Shown piece by piece: positions 1 to 11,769 of a DNA stretch of 64,000 bases. The DNA comes from Mobula hypostoma (Eukaryota), in contig NC_086097.1 in the NCBI RefSeq assembly GCF_963921235.1, positions 162,566,001 to 162,630,000 of the forward strand, in the 5' to 3' direction. The notes beneath the pieces were generated by a model that was given only the letters and a program-made list of their open reading frames with translations, did not search any database and was not told the DNA's origin. Numbering within the stretch: position 1 is the first letter of the stretch; the number at the start of each line of letters is the position of its first letter. A program made the position numbers and the translations under genes.

Positions 1-1
1 T

Positions 2-1066
2 CCCCGGCTTACTTTCTGACTTTTCTGGCGGACTCTCCCCGCCGTCCTGACTACCCTTCTGGTAGCCTTTACTCGGGGCAAACTTCATTTTATGCGTCAA
101 CGCATACTCATCTGCCAACTTAGCAGTTGCAGCTAACATGGCTGCCTCTTTCTCATCTAGGTAGGGTCTCATACCCTCAGGGACACAACCTTTAAACTGC
201 TCAATCAGGATCAGCTGTAGCAGTCTGTCATAATCCCCCTCTACCCCCTTCGAGGCGCACCAACGCTCACAATATGTCTGCATCTCACGGGCAAACTCTA
301 AATACGTGTGGTCCCACTGCTTCCTCGTATTCCGGAACCTCTGCCGGTATGCCCCCGGGACCAACTCATAAATCCTGAGGATGGCCTCTTTCACCACCTC
401 ATACCTCTGGGCATCTTCCGCGGACAAAGCTGAGTAAACTTGTTGGGCTTTCCCTTTCAGTACACTCTGAAGCAAAACAGCCTCCTTATCCCCCGGCCAG
501 TCCTGACTTGTAGCAACTTTTTCGAAATGGAGAAAGTACCGATCCACATCGGTATCGTCAAATGGGGGAACCAGCCTAATCTCCTGGGTCGCCCGGAACC
601 CTCCACCTTGGTTCGGCACGGGCCCCTGCTCTGTCCTTATCTTTAACTTCTCCAGCTCAAATTCCCTTTCCCTCTGTTTCTCCAACTGCCTCTCTTCTCG
701 CTCCAACTGTCTCTCTCTCTCCTGCCTTTCTAACTGTTTCTCTTTCTCTTCTTGCTCCCATTGCCTCTCTTTCTCTTCGTGTTCTAGCTGCCGTACCCGG
801 AACTCGTGCTCGAGTCTCAGTTTTTCAAGCTGCACCTGTACCGCGTCTCCAGCAGGTTTTTCAGTAGACACCACCTCCAGCTCCCCTTGGGGAAACACAC
901 CTTTAGATACATAGTGCTCTACGATAGCTCTGTGTATCTCCTCTCTCCTCATTGTCAACTTCCCCTTAACAAGATTCAACCGTTTGGCCACAGCTGCCAA
1001 TTCCGCTTTCCTGGCATCCTCTAATGCCTCCAAGGTCGGCGCCTTTATAAATTCCTCAATCTCCAT
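2..1066 (-). CDS. gag: Gypsy (Gmr1-like) retrotransposon gag with coiled-coil and SCAN/capsid domain; open to the window edge
   Basis: Manual translation from the ATG at 1066 (minus) gives about 355 stop-free codons: MEIEEFIKAPTLEALEDARKAEL...(E/R/Q-rich coil)...IRLVPPFDDTDVDRYFLHFEKVA...LLQSVLKGKAQQVYSALS...YELVPGAYRQRFR...LLQLILIEQFKGCVP. The YRQRFR and LILIEQF motifs are SCAN-like. It is missing from the ORF track, presumably because no stop falls in the window. Confidence 0.9.
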   Translation of the reverse strand, partial: MEIEEFIKAPTLEALEDARKAELAAVAKRLNLVKGKLTMRREEIHRAIVEHYVSKGVFPQGELEVVSTEKPAGDAVQVQLEKLRLEHEFRVRQLEHEEKERQWEQEEKEKQLERQERERQLEREERQLEKQREREFELEKLKIRTEQGPVPNQGGGFRATQEIRLVPPFDDTDVDRYFLHFEKVATSQDWPGDKEAVLLQSVLKGKAQQVYSALSAEDAQRYEVVKEAILRIYELVPGAYRQRFRNTRKQWDHTYLEFAREMQTYCERWCASKGVEGDYDRLLQLILIEQFKGCVPEGMRPYLDEKEAAMLAATAKLADEYALTHKMKFAPSKGYQKGSQDGGESPPEKSESKPG

Positions 1067-1142
1067 TTCTGCTGTTTGTCTTTTCTTTCTTTCAGGAATT
1101 TTAACCCAATCAATTTACTCCGTCCCAAATTTAGCGTTCAAA

Positions 1143-1160
1143 ATCTTGGACCAGCCCCCA
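1143..1160 (-). promoter_or_regulatory. Primer-binding site, tRNA-Pro type
   Basis: Minus strand reads TGGGGGCTGGTCCAAGAT, 4 nt inside the LTR end. It matches the canonical tRNA-Pro PBS TGGGGGCTCGTCCGGGAT at 15/18 positions. Confidence 0.8.
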
Positions 1161-1164
1161 CTTA

Positions 1165-2050
1165 TGTTACGTACCCCATAACTGGGTTGCCAAACCAGCA
1201 GAAATGGATCACTCAGTTGGAGTCTGGATTACTGGAACTAAGAGAGTTTTATTAAAGAAACAAGCAACACAGTACTCTAATCAAAAGGATAATAAATGCA
1301 ACAGTTCAGCAATGATAAACACATATATACACGGAATTAGGATAACAGGATCAATCAAGCTCTATCGTCGTCTAGGGGTAAATGACCAGTTTCAAAGTGA
1401 CGCAAAGTTCAGTTCAACTGAGTTCAGTTCAGTTCACAGTAATCACTGCCATGGCGATGGACAGTGGGGGGGGAGAGAGAGAGAGAGCAAAAACGAATGA
1501 ATATTCAAATGGCTTCCACACAGACCTTCGATATTCTTTGCAGTCAGCTTTCGGGCGAGCCCGTTGTGATGTCTTCTGAGGTCACTGACCGTGACCCCTC
1601 CGTTTCCAGATACGATCGTTTCCCTGCGGTGAACCTGGCACCCAGGCAAGGGCGGACACACACCAGGTTCCCGCCGATCGTACCTTTCCACCCTGTGCGT
1701 CTACGGCTTGGTCCCGTGATCAGCCCTCCAAAACTCCCACCGACTTGTGGGAGGCGCACCGCTTCCAGGGTCTCGTTACCTCGTGGTGTCGTGTGTCTTG
1801 CCTTAACGAACCTGTCCCTTTTTATCCCCCTGCTGGGGTATCGCCTGTCCATCTCTTCAAACAGTTCAGGGTTCAAAGGGGAGCCGATCTTGACAGCTCT
1901 CCTTCCGTCCCTTCATTAACATCTCCAAATACTGCTCCATTGTTTTCCTTATCTCTCTTTCTCCTGAAGACAGGTGGCAGACCAACTGCTGATCCCACTG
2001 GTGCCAGCACAGGACAGTTAACATCTTAATGTATGTGTACTCTCATCACA
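1165..2050 (-). mobile_element. 5' LTR (886 bp) of the Gypsy element
   Basis: Minus strand starts TGTGATGAGA (2050) and ends GTACGTAACA (1165), directly followed by the PBS and gag. AATAAA lies near 1250 and a TATA-like GATAAAAA near 1825. Confidence 0.85.
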
Positions 2051-2429
2051 CTTCCTACTGAAGTGTTTATCTTATGTTTGACCTCTAGTGCTAATTACTC
2101 TGGCCACCTGCCCAACTATGGGTCACGTTTCCCCACATTACATCAGCACTGGGAAGATGCGCAAAAGGTGAGATTGACTGGTTCAGAAGTCTGCAGCAGA
2201 AGGGAAGAAGCTGCTCTGGGCTTTTAAGCTCCAGCATTAATTCTTGTGCCCACCTCCTTTCAGAGAGTAGTCAGCGCTGTACTTCTGTAGGCCAGTGACC
2301 ACTTCGTGCAGCATATTTCTATAGAGGTCTTGCTGAGTTTTAGAGGTAGCACTCTTCTCTATGTCACTCACAGTTCCTAGTCCCAGTCCAACAACCTGAG
2401 TACAAGTTCCAGGATGATACTTCAAAGCA

Positions 2430-2650
2430 GTACTGAGTAATGCGACACTAAACCCTTTTCAGATCATATGAAACATCCCCGGAGTTCTGACTAATATTTA
2501 TTGCTCAGTAAAAGCCTAAAGCAGATTAATTGATCATTAATTCATTGCTACAATGGAAGGCATCCTGTACTCTGTCCTGTAAGCATGTTTCCTACATTTT
2601 ACAAGTACTTAATTAGCTTCAGAGTTTGAGAAATGTAAGACTTTTTATTA
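2430..2650 (+). mobile_element. Degenerate Deu-domain SINE fragment (SacSINE1/AmnSINE-like)
   Basis: Decayed 'ctaatatttattgctca...gcagattaattgatcatta...gtttcctacattttac...aagtacttaattagct' resembles the DeuSINE core as recalled; not aligned. Confidence 0.45.
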
Positions 2651-3224
2651 CATGTGGGCGATCTGCTACTCGGTTTTGCTACTGGATTCTTGTAAACAGA
2701 GCCAAGTCTGTACTTTTCATAGCATTTGAAATCCAATGTTCTGATCATGAACATTTATCTCACCAAACAAGTGAGACCATCCATCAGTGCGTATGTAATC
2801 TTGCACTTTTAGTCCAGGAGGGAGAGCCATACCTAGCACATTAGCCATATCTTCCACTGTTTAGTTACATTGTGCCTTTATTAGAAGTATATACAAATCA
2901 ATTGACTCTTACATAATTAGTAGCAGCACTAAGGATTTTAAAACCCAGAACCAGCAAAAACATTAATTGGATAACAAAGGGGGTAATTTAGGAGATTCTG
3001 CTGATCTGTAAAATAGACCCTGGAAAGTTCCTATTCAAATTGCCAGTGTATGAACATCACTAATGTTTAAAACTTGCACCTTGTGTAAAACATGACTTTT
3101 CTGTGGGCATCTGGATTCACTAAGGAATCCTCAATTGATTGGGCTTCTTTCCTATAACAAGATTAACCCATTAACACCTATGCTCCAGAGACCTTTGACC
3201 ATGTTAATCAATATGAGTTGGATG

Positions 3225-4300
3225 GAAACACAGGGATAGAATTCCCCTTGTTCTCACCTACAACCCCACAAGCCACTACATCCAACATTTCATTCTCCAT
3301 AGCTTCAGCCATCATCTCCCTTTCCACAACTTCTGCCATCTCCCATCAGCAGGTACATCATCTCCTCCTTCTCTCTCCTCTGTTTTCTGTAGAGATTGCT
3401 CTCTCCATGACTTTCTTATCCACGTGCCCCTCCCCAACAATCCCTCCAGGACTGTGCTAACTCCTCACACCTCATCCCTCCATCATTCAGGGCCCTGAAC
3501 AGTCCTTCCAGGTGATCAGCTCTTCACGTGTGAATCCATCAGTGCCACTTATTGCACCAAGTGTTCCAGTCATCGGTGAGATGTCGTACAGATTGGGGGA
3601 ATCCTTTTGTTGAGTAGGTTTGCGCCATCCACCGTAACAACCAGGATCTCCTAGTGGCCATCCATTTTGATTGCACTTTCTTTTCCCACTCTGACATGCC
3701 TGCTCTTATGTCCTCTACTGCCAAAATGAGGCTAGATGTATATGAGAGTAACAACACCTCATATTCCATCTTGGTCATCTCTAACCTGATGGCATCAACT
3801 TCAGTTTCCCTCACTTCTGGTAATGACAGCACTGTCTCCAACAATCCCTGCCCTTTTGTACCCCCTTATCCCTCTTGCCCTTTTGTACCCCCTTATCCCT
3901 CTTACCTTTTTGCACACTCTCTTTCCTCTTCTCTCACCCTTTTACCTGCCCATCACCCACACCTCCCTCAATCCCTCTGTTTCCCCACTTCTTTCCCTTC
4001 ATTCCATATCTATTATCCTGTCTGATTAGATTCTATCTTGTTCAGTCCTTTGCCTCTTCCACCTATTACATCCCAGCTACTTCCCTCTCCCACCTCCCTA
4101 TGTACCTTCCCCTTCTCACCAGGATTCATCGATCACCCACCAGTTTGTTCTCCTCATCCTTGCCCCATTCTTTTATTCTGGCTTCTGTCTTTCTTTCTAG
4201 CCCTGATGAAGAGTCTCATCCCAAAGCATTGATTGTTCATTTCACTCTGTTAATGCTGCCTGACCTGCTGAGTTCCTCCAGCATTTTGTGTCTGTTGTTG
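3225..4300 (+). mobile_element. Old PLE 3' fragment (GIY-YIG region plus terminal repeat)
   Basis: Colinear and diverged relative to 39395-40430 (e.g. 'gatagaattccccttgttctcaccta', 'cattcagggccc...cagtccttccaggtga'). Contains a decayed hammerhead box 'cctgatgaagagtct' at about 4202. Confidence 0.8.
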
Positions 4301-4540
4301 AATTAGATGGAGTTGAAAGGATAATGACTGGGGAGTGGGATGGCTACAAACAATACAACTGCTTATTCAATTGCATATGCATACACAGTGCAAGGTATGC
4401 TTAATGTCCAATTCCAAAATATTGGATGTTAGTATAAAGTTCTGTCTTTTACATTATTCTAATTGTATGTTTTATTGCCTTTTTGACAAGTTTCTCGCTT
4501 TTTTGGAAGACATTGATTTGTGGCAAAGCATGCTTTCTTT

Positions 4541-4768
4541 AGCAACACAGAGACTGCAGATGCTGGAATCTGCAGCAACCAGCAATACGCTGGAAGAACT
4601 CAGCAGGTTCATCAGTACTTGTGGGAGAAAAAAAATTGTTGATATTTCTTGTTGCAATCCTGATGCAGGGTTATGATCTGAAAAAATAGCAATTCCTTTC
4701 GTCCCATAGGTGCTACCTGACTCACTGACTTCCTCCAGCAGACTGCTGTTGCTCTGTGATTTCTTTGT
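4541..4768. mobile_element. Old fold-back PLE-tail element
   Basis: 'ctgcagatgctggaatc...gctggaagaactcagcagg' followed by 'cctgatgcaggg...ctgaaa' and an inverted arm 'cctgactcactgacttcctccagca'. Confidence 0.55.
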
Positions 4769-4769
4769 A

Positions 4770-5480
4770 CAATAGACAATAGACAATAGACAATAGATGC
4801 AGGAGTAGGCCATTCAACCCTTTGAGCCAGCACCACCATTCACTGTGATCATGGCTGATCATCAACAATCAGTATCTAGTTCCTGCCTTATCCCCATAAC
4901 CTTTGATTCCGCTATCTTTAAGAGCTCTATCCATCTCTTTCTTGAAAGCATCCAGAGACTTGGCCTCCACTGCCTTCTGGGGCACAGCATTCTATATATC
5001 CACCACTCTCTGGGTGAAAAAGTTTTTCCTCAACTCCGTTCTAAATGGCCTACCCCATATTCTTAAACTGTGGCCTCTGGTTCTGGACTCACCCATCAGC
5101 AGGAACATGCTTCCTGCCTCCAGCGTGTCCAATCCCTTAATAATCGTATATGTTTCAATAAGATCCCCTCACAGCCTTCTAAATTCCAGAGTATACAAGC
5201 CCAGTCGCTCCAATCTTTCGACATATGACAGTCCTGCCATCCCGGGAATTAACCTTGTGAACCTATGCTGCACTCTCTCAATAGCAAGAATGTCCTTCCT
5301 CAAATTTGGAGACCAAAACTGCACACAGTACTCCAGGTGTGGTCTCACCAGGGCTCTGTACAGCTGCAGAAGGACCTCTTTGCTCTTATACTCAATTCCT
5401 CTTGTTATGAAAGCCAGCATGCCATTAGCTTTCTTCACTGCCTGCTGTACTTGCATACTTGCTTTCAGTGACTGATGTAC
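4770..5480 (-). mobile_element. CR1 LINE 3' fragment with (TCTATTG)n tail
   Basis: Minus ORF 5169-5456 reads KKANGMLAFI...LYRALVRPHLEYCVQFWSP...RLERLGLYTLE. Four CAATAGA units lie at 4770-4797. Confidence 0.92.
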
Positions 5481-5539
5481 CTTGCCAAAGTGCTTGTACT
5501 TTCTGGATTATCTTAAGCAGAGCATGGTGCCTTGCTTCA

Positions 5540-7140
5540 CCATGGAGGTGAAACAGCTTGAACTTTAATGTTGGGAATATGTTGGAGTCAATTGTTAGGG
5601 ATGAGGTGATGGAGTAGTTGGTGCCACAGGACAAGATGGGACAAAGTCAGAATGGTTTCCTTCAGGGAAAATCCTGCCTGACAAACCTGTTGGAATTCTT
5701 TGAGGAGATTATAAGTAGGATAGATAAAGGGGATGCAGTGGATGTTGTATATTTGGACTTTCAGAAGGCCTTTGACAAGGTGCCACTTATGAGGCTGCTT
5801 ACCAAGTTAAGAGCACCTGATATTACAGGAGTGTTACTAACATGGTGGGGGCATTGACTGATTGGAAGGAGGCTGTGAGTGGAAATAAAAGGATCCTTTT
5901 CTGGTTGGCTGCCAGTGACTAGTGGTGTTCCATAGGGGATGTTGGGACCACTTTTTTAATGCTGTATATAAATGATTTAGATGATGGAATAGATGGTTCT
6001 GTTGGCAAGTTTGCAGATGAAATGAAGATTGGTGAAGGGACAGGTAGTGTTGAGGAAACAGGTAGGATGCCGAAGGAATTAGATTAGGAGAATGGGCAAG
6101 AAACTGGCAAATGAAATACGAACAACAGGAATTCTGCAGATGCTGGAAATTCAAGCAACACACATAAAAGTTGCTGGTGAACGCAGCAGGCCAGGCAGCA
6201 TCTCTAGGAAGAGGTGCAGTCAGGAAGGGTCTCGGCCTGAAACGTCGACTGCACCTCTTCCTAGAGATGCTGCCTGGCCTGCTGCGTTCACCAGCAACTT
6301 TTATGTGTGTTAAATGAAATACGATGTTGGAAAATGCATGGTCATGCACTTTGATAGTAGAAATAAATGTGCTATTTTCTAAACAGGGAGAAAATCAAGG
6401 AATCTGCGATGCAGAGGGACTTGGGAGTCCTTGAGCAGAACACTCTGAAGGTTAACTTGCAGGTTGAGTAGGTGGTGAGGAAGGCAAATGCTATGTTAGC
6501 ATTCATTTCAAGAGGTCTAGAATACAAGAGCAAGGATGTGATGCTGAGGTTTTATAAGACACTGGTGAGGCCTCACCTTGAGTATTACGAATAGTTTTGG
6601 ACCCCTCATTTTAGAAAAAATCTTTTGGCATTGGAGAAGGTCCAGAGGAGGTTCACAAGGATGATTCCATGAATGGAAGGGTTATCATACGAGGAACGTT
6701 TGATGGCTTTGGGTCTGTACTCGCTGGAATTCAGAACAATGAGGGGGATTCTTATTGAAATCTTTTGAATGTTGAAAGGCCTAGTCTGAGTAGATGTGGA
6801 AAGGATATTTCCCATGGTGGGAGAGCCTAGGACAAGAGGGCACAGCCTCAGGATAGAGGGGCACCCTTTCAAAACAGAGATGCAGAGAAATTTCTTCAGC
6901 CAAAGGGTGGGGAATTTGTGGAATTTGTTGCCACATGCAGCTGTGGAGGCCAGGTCTTTGGGTGTATTTAAGGTGGACAATGATGGGTTCTTGATTGGAC
7001 AAGACATCAAAGGTTACGGGGAGAAAGCTGGGAACTGAGGTTGAGGAGGAGAAAAAAAATGGATCAACCATGATTGAATGGCGAAGCAGACTCGATGGGC
7101 CAGATGGCCTAATTCTGCTCCTGTGTCTTATGGTCTTATG
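5540..7140 (+). mobile_element. 5'-truncated CR1 LINE (RT pseudogene), interrupted by a PLE hairpin
   Basis: QNGFLQGKSCLTNLLEFFE...DVVYLDFQKAFDKVP, a decayed FADE motif, and a 3' tail 'gtcttatggtcttatg'. Confidence 0.92.
6122..6311. mobile_element. 190-bp fold-back PLE-derived mini-element, 13-bp TSD
   Basis: Perfect 65-bp inverted arms at 6157-6221 and 6247-6311. TSD AAATGAAATACGA at 6109-6121 and 6312-6324. Sequence matches the PLE end at about 40326-40448. Confidence 0.92.
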
Positions 7141-7351
7141 ATTGCTGAATCACAATAGGGTTTGGGAACTTAGGATGCTTTTAAAAATTCTTACCAAAGA
7201 AAGGAAATTTTACTTAATATAAGAACTTTTGTTGCAATGTTATTGTGTTTTCAGAAACAATCGAATTAGTTGGAAGAAAGCCAGTTTGTGCATTAGTTGA
7301 ACTTGTACACACGAGATTCCAGACACAATTGGGAGGAAACAATGCTGATGT

Positions 7352-7990
7352 TAAGACTATAAGACTTGGGAGCAAAATTAGGCCATTTGGCCCATTGAGT
7401 ATGCTCTGCTATTTGATCATGGCTGACTTATTATCTCTTTCAACCCAGTTCTCCTACCTTCTTCACGTAACCTCTGACACCTTTACTAATCAAGAATCTA
7501 TTATAATCTCTGCTTTAATTATTCCCAATACCTTGTCCTCCACAGCTGTCTGTGGCAATGAATTTTTCAGATTCACTTCCCTCTGCCTAAAGAAATTCCA
7601 CCTCATCCCTATTCTAAAGGGACATCTTTCTATTCTGGTTTAGACCACCCCACTGTAGAAAACATCCTCTCCACACCCACTCCATCTCGTCTTTCAATAT
7701 TTGATAGGTTTCTCTGAGATCCTCCACCATTCTCTAAACTCCAAATAAAAGCCCAGAGTTGGCCATAGAATTTGAAACACGGTAAGATCATAAGATACAG
7801 GGGCAGAATTAGGCCATTCATCTCAGCAAGTTTGCTCCACCATTCCCTTATGGCCTTTTTTTCCACCCCCCCCAACCCCATTCTCTTGCCTCTTCACTGT
7901 AACCCTTAACCACCTCCCTTACCAATCAAGAGCTTATCAACGTCCACCTTGAATATATCCATTCACTTTGCTTCCACACCTCTGGAAAGG
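7352..7990 (-). mobile_element. Two CR1 3'-end fragments
   Basis: Reverse-complement CR1 termini: 'taagactataagac...aggccattt' at 7352 and 'taagatcataagatac...aggccattc' at 7783. Confidence 0.7.
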
Positions 7991-8037
7991 AATTTCATAG
8001 ATTCTTCTCAAATAAAAAAAAAGCCCTTAAATTTACA

Positions 8038-8265
8038 ACATACATCAAAGTTGCTGGTGAACGCAGCAGGCCAAGCAGCATCTATAGGAAGAGGCGCAGT
8101 CGACGTTTCAGGCCGAGACCCTTCGTCAGGACTTGTGACGAAGGGTCTCGGCCTGAAACGTCGGCTGCGCCTCTTCCTAGAGATGCTGCCTGGCCTGCTG
8201 CGTTCACCAGCAACTTTGATGTATGTTGCTTGAATTCCCAGCATCTGCAGAATTCCTGTTGTTTA
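8038..8265. mobile_element. 228-bp fold-back PLE-derived mini-element, 14-bp TSD
   Basis: Arms of about 93 bp at 8036-8128 and 8136-8228 (3 mismatches). TSD CCCTTAAATTTACA at 8024-8037 and 8266-8279. Confidence 0.92.
8098..8133 (-). ncRNA. Minimal type I hammerhead ribozyme motif
   Basis: Minus strand reads AGTC-CTGACGA-A-GGGT-ctcg-GCCT-GAAA-CGTC-GACT: stem I, CUGANGA, stem II, GAAA, palindromic ACGU stem III, GUC cleavage triplet. Confidence 0.75.
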
Positions 8266-8430
8266 CCCTTAAATTTACATCTTTCTTCCATGAAGAAAGA
8301 AAATTTGCATCCAAGAATATTGAAAGATATTGTAAACTAGTAATTCTAATGAAGCGACAGTGGCTGTGCCTTTGGCACAGAGTCTGGCCCTGTGGCTCAG
8401 AAGGGTAGGGAAAGGAAGACGAAGGCAGCA

Positions 8431-8931
8431 GTGATAGGGGACGCTATAGTTAGGGGGTCAGACAGGTGACTCTGTGGACGCAGGAAAGAAACTCGGATGG
8501 TAGTTTGTCTCCCAGGTGCCAGGGTCCAGGATGTTTCAGATCATATCCAAGATATCCTGCAGTGGGAGGGAGAACAGCCAGAGGTCATGGTACATATTGG
8601 TACCAACGACATAGGTAGGAAAAGGGAGGAGGTCCTGAAAACAGACTACAGGGAGTTAGGAAGGAAGTTGAGAAGCAGGACCGCAAAGATAGTAATCTCA
8701 GGATTACTGCCTGTGCCACGTGACAGTGAGAATAGGAATAGAATGAGGTGGAGGATAAATGCGTGGCTGAGGGATTGGAGACGGAGGCAGGGATTCAGAT
8801 TTCTGGATCATTGGGATCTCTTTTGGGGCAGGAGTGACCTGTACAAAAAGGACGTGTTGCACTTGAATCCCAGGGAGACTGATATCCTGGCAGGGAGGTT
8901 TGCTAAAGCTACTAGGGAGAGTTTAAACTAA
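8431..8931 (+). pseudogene. CR1 ORF1 SGNH/GDSL esterase domain remnant
   Basis: VIGDAIVRG (GDS Ser changed to Ala, followed by an in-frame stop), CLPGARVQDV, VHIGTNDIG, and KKDVLHLN (DxxH). Confidence 0.85.
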
Positions 8932-9062
8932 AATTGTTGGGGGGTGGGAACCGAACTGAAGAGACTGGGGAAGAGGAGGTTGGCTCACAGATAGAGAAAG
9001 CTTGTAGACAGTGTGAGAGGGAGAATAGGCAGGTGATAGAGAAGGGACGCGCTCAGACTGAA

Positions 9063-11769
9063 GGTTTGAGTTGCGTCTTTTTTAATGCAAGGAGTGTTGT
9101 GAACAAAGTGGACGAGCTTAGAACGTGGATCAGTACTTGGAGATATGATGTAGTGGCCATTACGGAGACTTGGATGGCTTAAGGGCAGGAATGGTAACTT
9201 CAAGTGCCGGGTTTTAGATGTTTCAGAAAGGACAGGGAGGGAGGTAAAAGAGGTAGGGGCGTGGCACTGTTGATCAGAGATAGTGTCATGCCTGCAGAAA
9301 AGATGGACGCCATGAAGGGATTGTCTACGGAGTCTCTGTGGGTGGAGGTTTGGAACAGGAAGGGGGTCAATAACTCTACTGGGTGTTTTTTATAGGCCGT
9401 CCAATAGTAACAGGGATATTGAGGAGCAGAAAGGGAAACAGATCCTGGAAAGGTGTAAAAACAGAGTTGTCGTTATGGGAGATTTTAATTTCCCAAATAT
9501 CAATTGGCATCTCTCTAGATCAAGGGGCTTAGATGGGGTGGAGTTTATAAGTTGTGTTAAGGAAGGTTTCTTGACACAATATGTAGATAAGCCTACAAGA
9601 GGAGAGGCTGTACTTTATTTGGTATTGGGAAATGAAGTTGGTCAGGTGTCAGATCTCTCAGTGGGAGATCATTTTGAAGATAGTGAACATAATTCTATCT
9701 CCTTTACAATAGCATTGGAGAGAGAAGAACAGACAAGTTAGAAAAGTGTTTAATTGGAGTAAGGGGAATTATAAGGCTATCAGGCAAGAAATTGGAAGCT
9801 TAAATTGGAAACAGATGTTCTCAGGGAAAAGTATGGAAGAAATGTGGCAAATGTTCAGGGAATATTTGTGTGGAGTTCTGCACAGGTACATTCCAATGAG
9901 ACAGGGAAGTTATGGTAGGGTACAGGAACCATGGTGTACAAAGGCTGTAATAAATCTGGTCAAGAAGAAAAGAAAAGCTTACAAAAGGTTCAGAGACCTA
10001 GATACAGGTAGAGATCTAGAAGATCTAGAAGGCTAATAGGAAGGAAATTAGGAGAGCTAGAAGGGGCCATGAGAAGGCCTTAGCAGGCAGGATTAAAAAA
10101 AACCCCAAGGCATTCTACAAGTATGTGAAGAACAAGAGGATAAGACGTGAAAGAATAGGACCTATCAAGTGTGACAGTGGAAAAGTATGTATGGAACCTG
10201 AAGAAATAGCAGAGGTACTTAATGAATACTTTACTTCAGTATTCACTATGGAAAAGGATCTTGGTGTTTGTAGTGATGACTTGCAGCAGACTGAAAAGCT
10301 TGAGAATGTAGATATTAAGAAAGAGGATGTGTTGGAGCTTTTTGAACGCATCAAGTTGGATAAGTTGCCGGGACCGGATGAGAAGTACCCCAGGCTACTG
10401 TGGGAGGTGAGGGAGGAGATTGCTGAGCCTCTGGTGATGATCTGTGTATCATCAATGGGGATGGGAGAGGTTCCGGAGGGTTGCAGATGTTGTTCCTTTA
10501 TTCAAGAAAGGGAGTAGAGATAGCCCAGGGAATTATAGACCAGTGAGTCTTACCTCAGTGGTTGGTAAGTTGATGGAGAAGATCCTGAGAGGCAGGATTT
10601 ATGAACATTTGGAGAGGTATAATATGATTAGGAATAGTCAGCATGGCTTTGTCAAAGGCAGGTCATGCCTTATGAGCCTGATTGAATTTTTTAAGGATGT
10701 GACTAAACACATTGACGAAGGTAGAGCAGTAGATGTAGTGTATATGGATTTCAGCAAGGCATTTGATAAGGTACCCCATGCAAGGCTTATTGAGAAAGTA
10801 AGAAGGCATGGGATCCAAGGGGGCATTGCTTTGTGGATCCAGAACTGGCTTGCCCACAGAAGGCAAAGAGTGGTTGTAGACAGGTCATATTCTGCGTGGA
10901 GGTTGGTCACCAGTGATGTGCCTCAGGGATCTGTTCTGGGACCCTTACTCTTTGTGATTTTTATAAATGACCTGGATAAGGAAGTGGAGGAATGGGTTAG
11001 TAAGTTTGCTGATGACACAAAGGTTGGAGGTGTTGTGGATAGTGTGGATGGCTGTCAGAGGTTACAGTGGAATATTTATAGGATGCAAAACTGGGCTGAG
11101 AAGTGGCAGATGGAGTTCAACCCAGATAAGTGTGAAGTGGTTCATTTTGGTAGGTCAAATATGATGGCAGAATATAGTATTAATGGTAAGAGTCTTGGCA
11201 GTGTGGAGGATCAGAGGGATCTTAGGGTCCGCGTCCATAGGACGCTCAAAGCAGCTGCGCAGGTTGACTCTGTGGTTAAGAAGGCATACGGTCTATTGGC
11301 TTTCATCAATCGTGGAATTAAATTTAGGAGTCGAGAGGTAATGTTGCAGCTGTATAGGACCCTGGTCAGACCCCACTTGGAGTACTGTGCTCAGTTCTGG
11401 TCGCCTCACTACAGGAAGGATGTGGAAGCCATAGAATGGGTGCAGAGGAGATTTACAAGGAATTTGCCTGAATTGGGGAGCATGCCTTATGAGAATAGGT
11501 TGAGTGAACTTGGCCTTTTCTCCTTGGAGCGACAGAGGATGAGAGGTGACCTGATAGAGGTGTGTAAGGTGATGAGAGGCATTGATCGTGTGGATAATCA
11601 GAGGCTTTTTCCCAGGGCTGAAATAGTTGCCACAAGAAGACACAGGTTTAAGGTGCTGGGGAGTAGGTACAGAGGAGATGTCAGGGGTAAGTTTTTTACT
11701 CAGAGAGTAGTGAATGCGTGGTGGGCTGCTGGCAACGGTGGTGGAGGCGGATACGATAGGGTCTTTTAA
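9063..11769 (+). pseudogene. CR1 ORF2 (APE endonuclease plus reverse transcriptase), disrupted
   Basis: FNARSVVNKVDEL, AITETW and MGDFNFP (endonuclease). YRPVSLTS, QHGF, DFSKAFDKV, VPQGSVLGPLLF and FADD (RT; 441-aa open stretch at 10444-11769). Several stops and frameshifts upstream. Confidence 0.93.

Noticed and set aside
440..2029. Plus-strand ORFs of 65-151 aa
   Set aside because: They are antisense to gag or lie inside the LTR and have no recognisable motifs.
3847..3903. 28-bp tandem duplication, and the (CAATAGA)n and (GATTA)n arrays, as CRISPR-like repeats
   Set aside because: No spacers. These are a slippage duplication and retroelement tails in eukaryotic DNA.
4770..7140. Oppositely oriented CR1 pieces as one 5'-inverted insertion
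   Set aside because: Both pieces have their own 3' tails, cover overlapping ORF2 segments and differ in subfamily, so they are two insertions.
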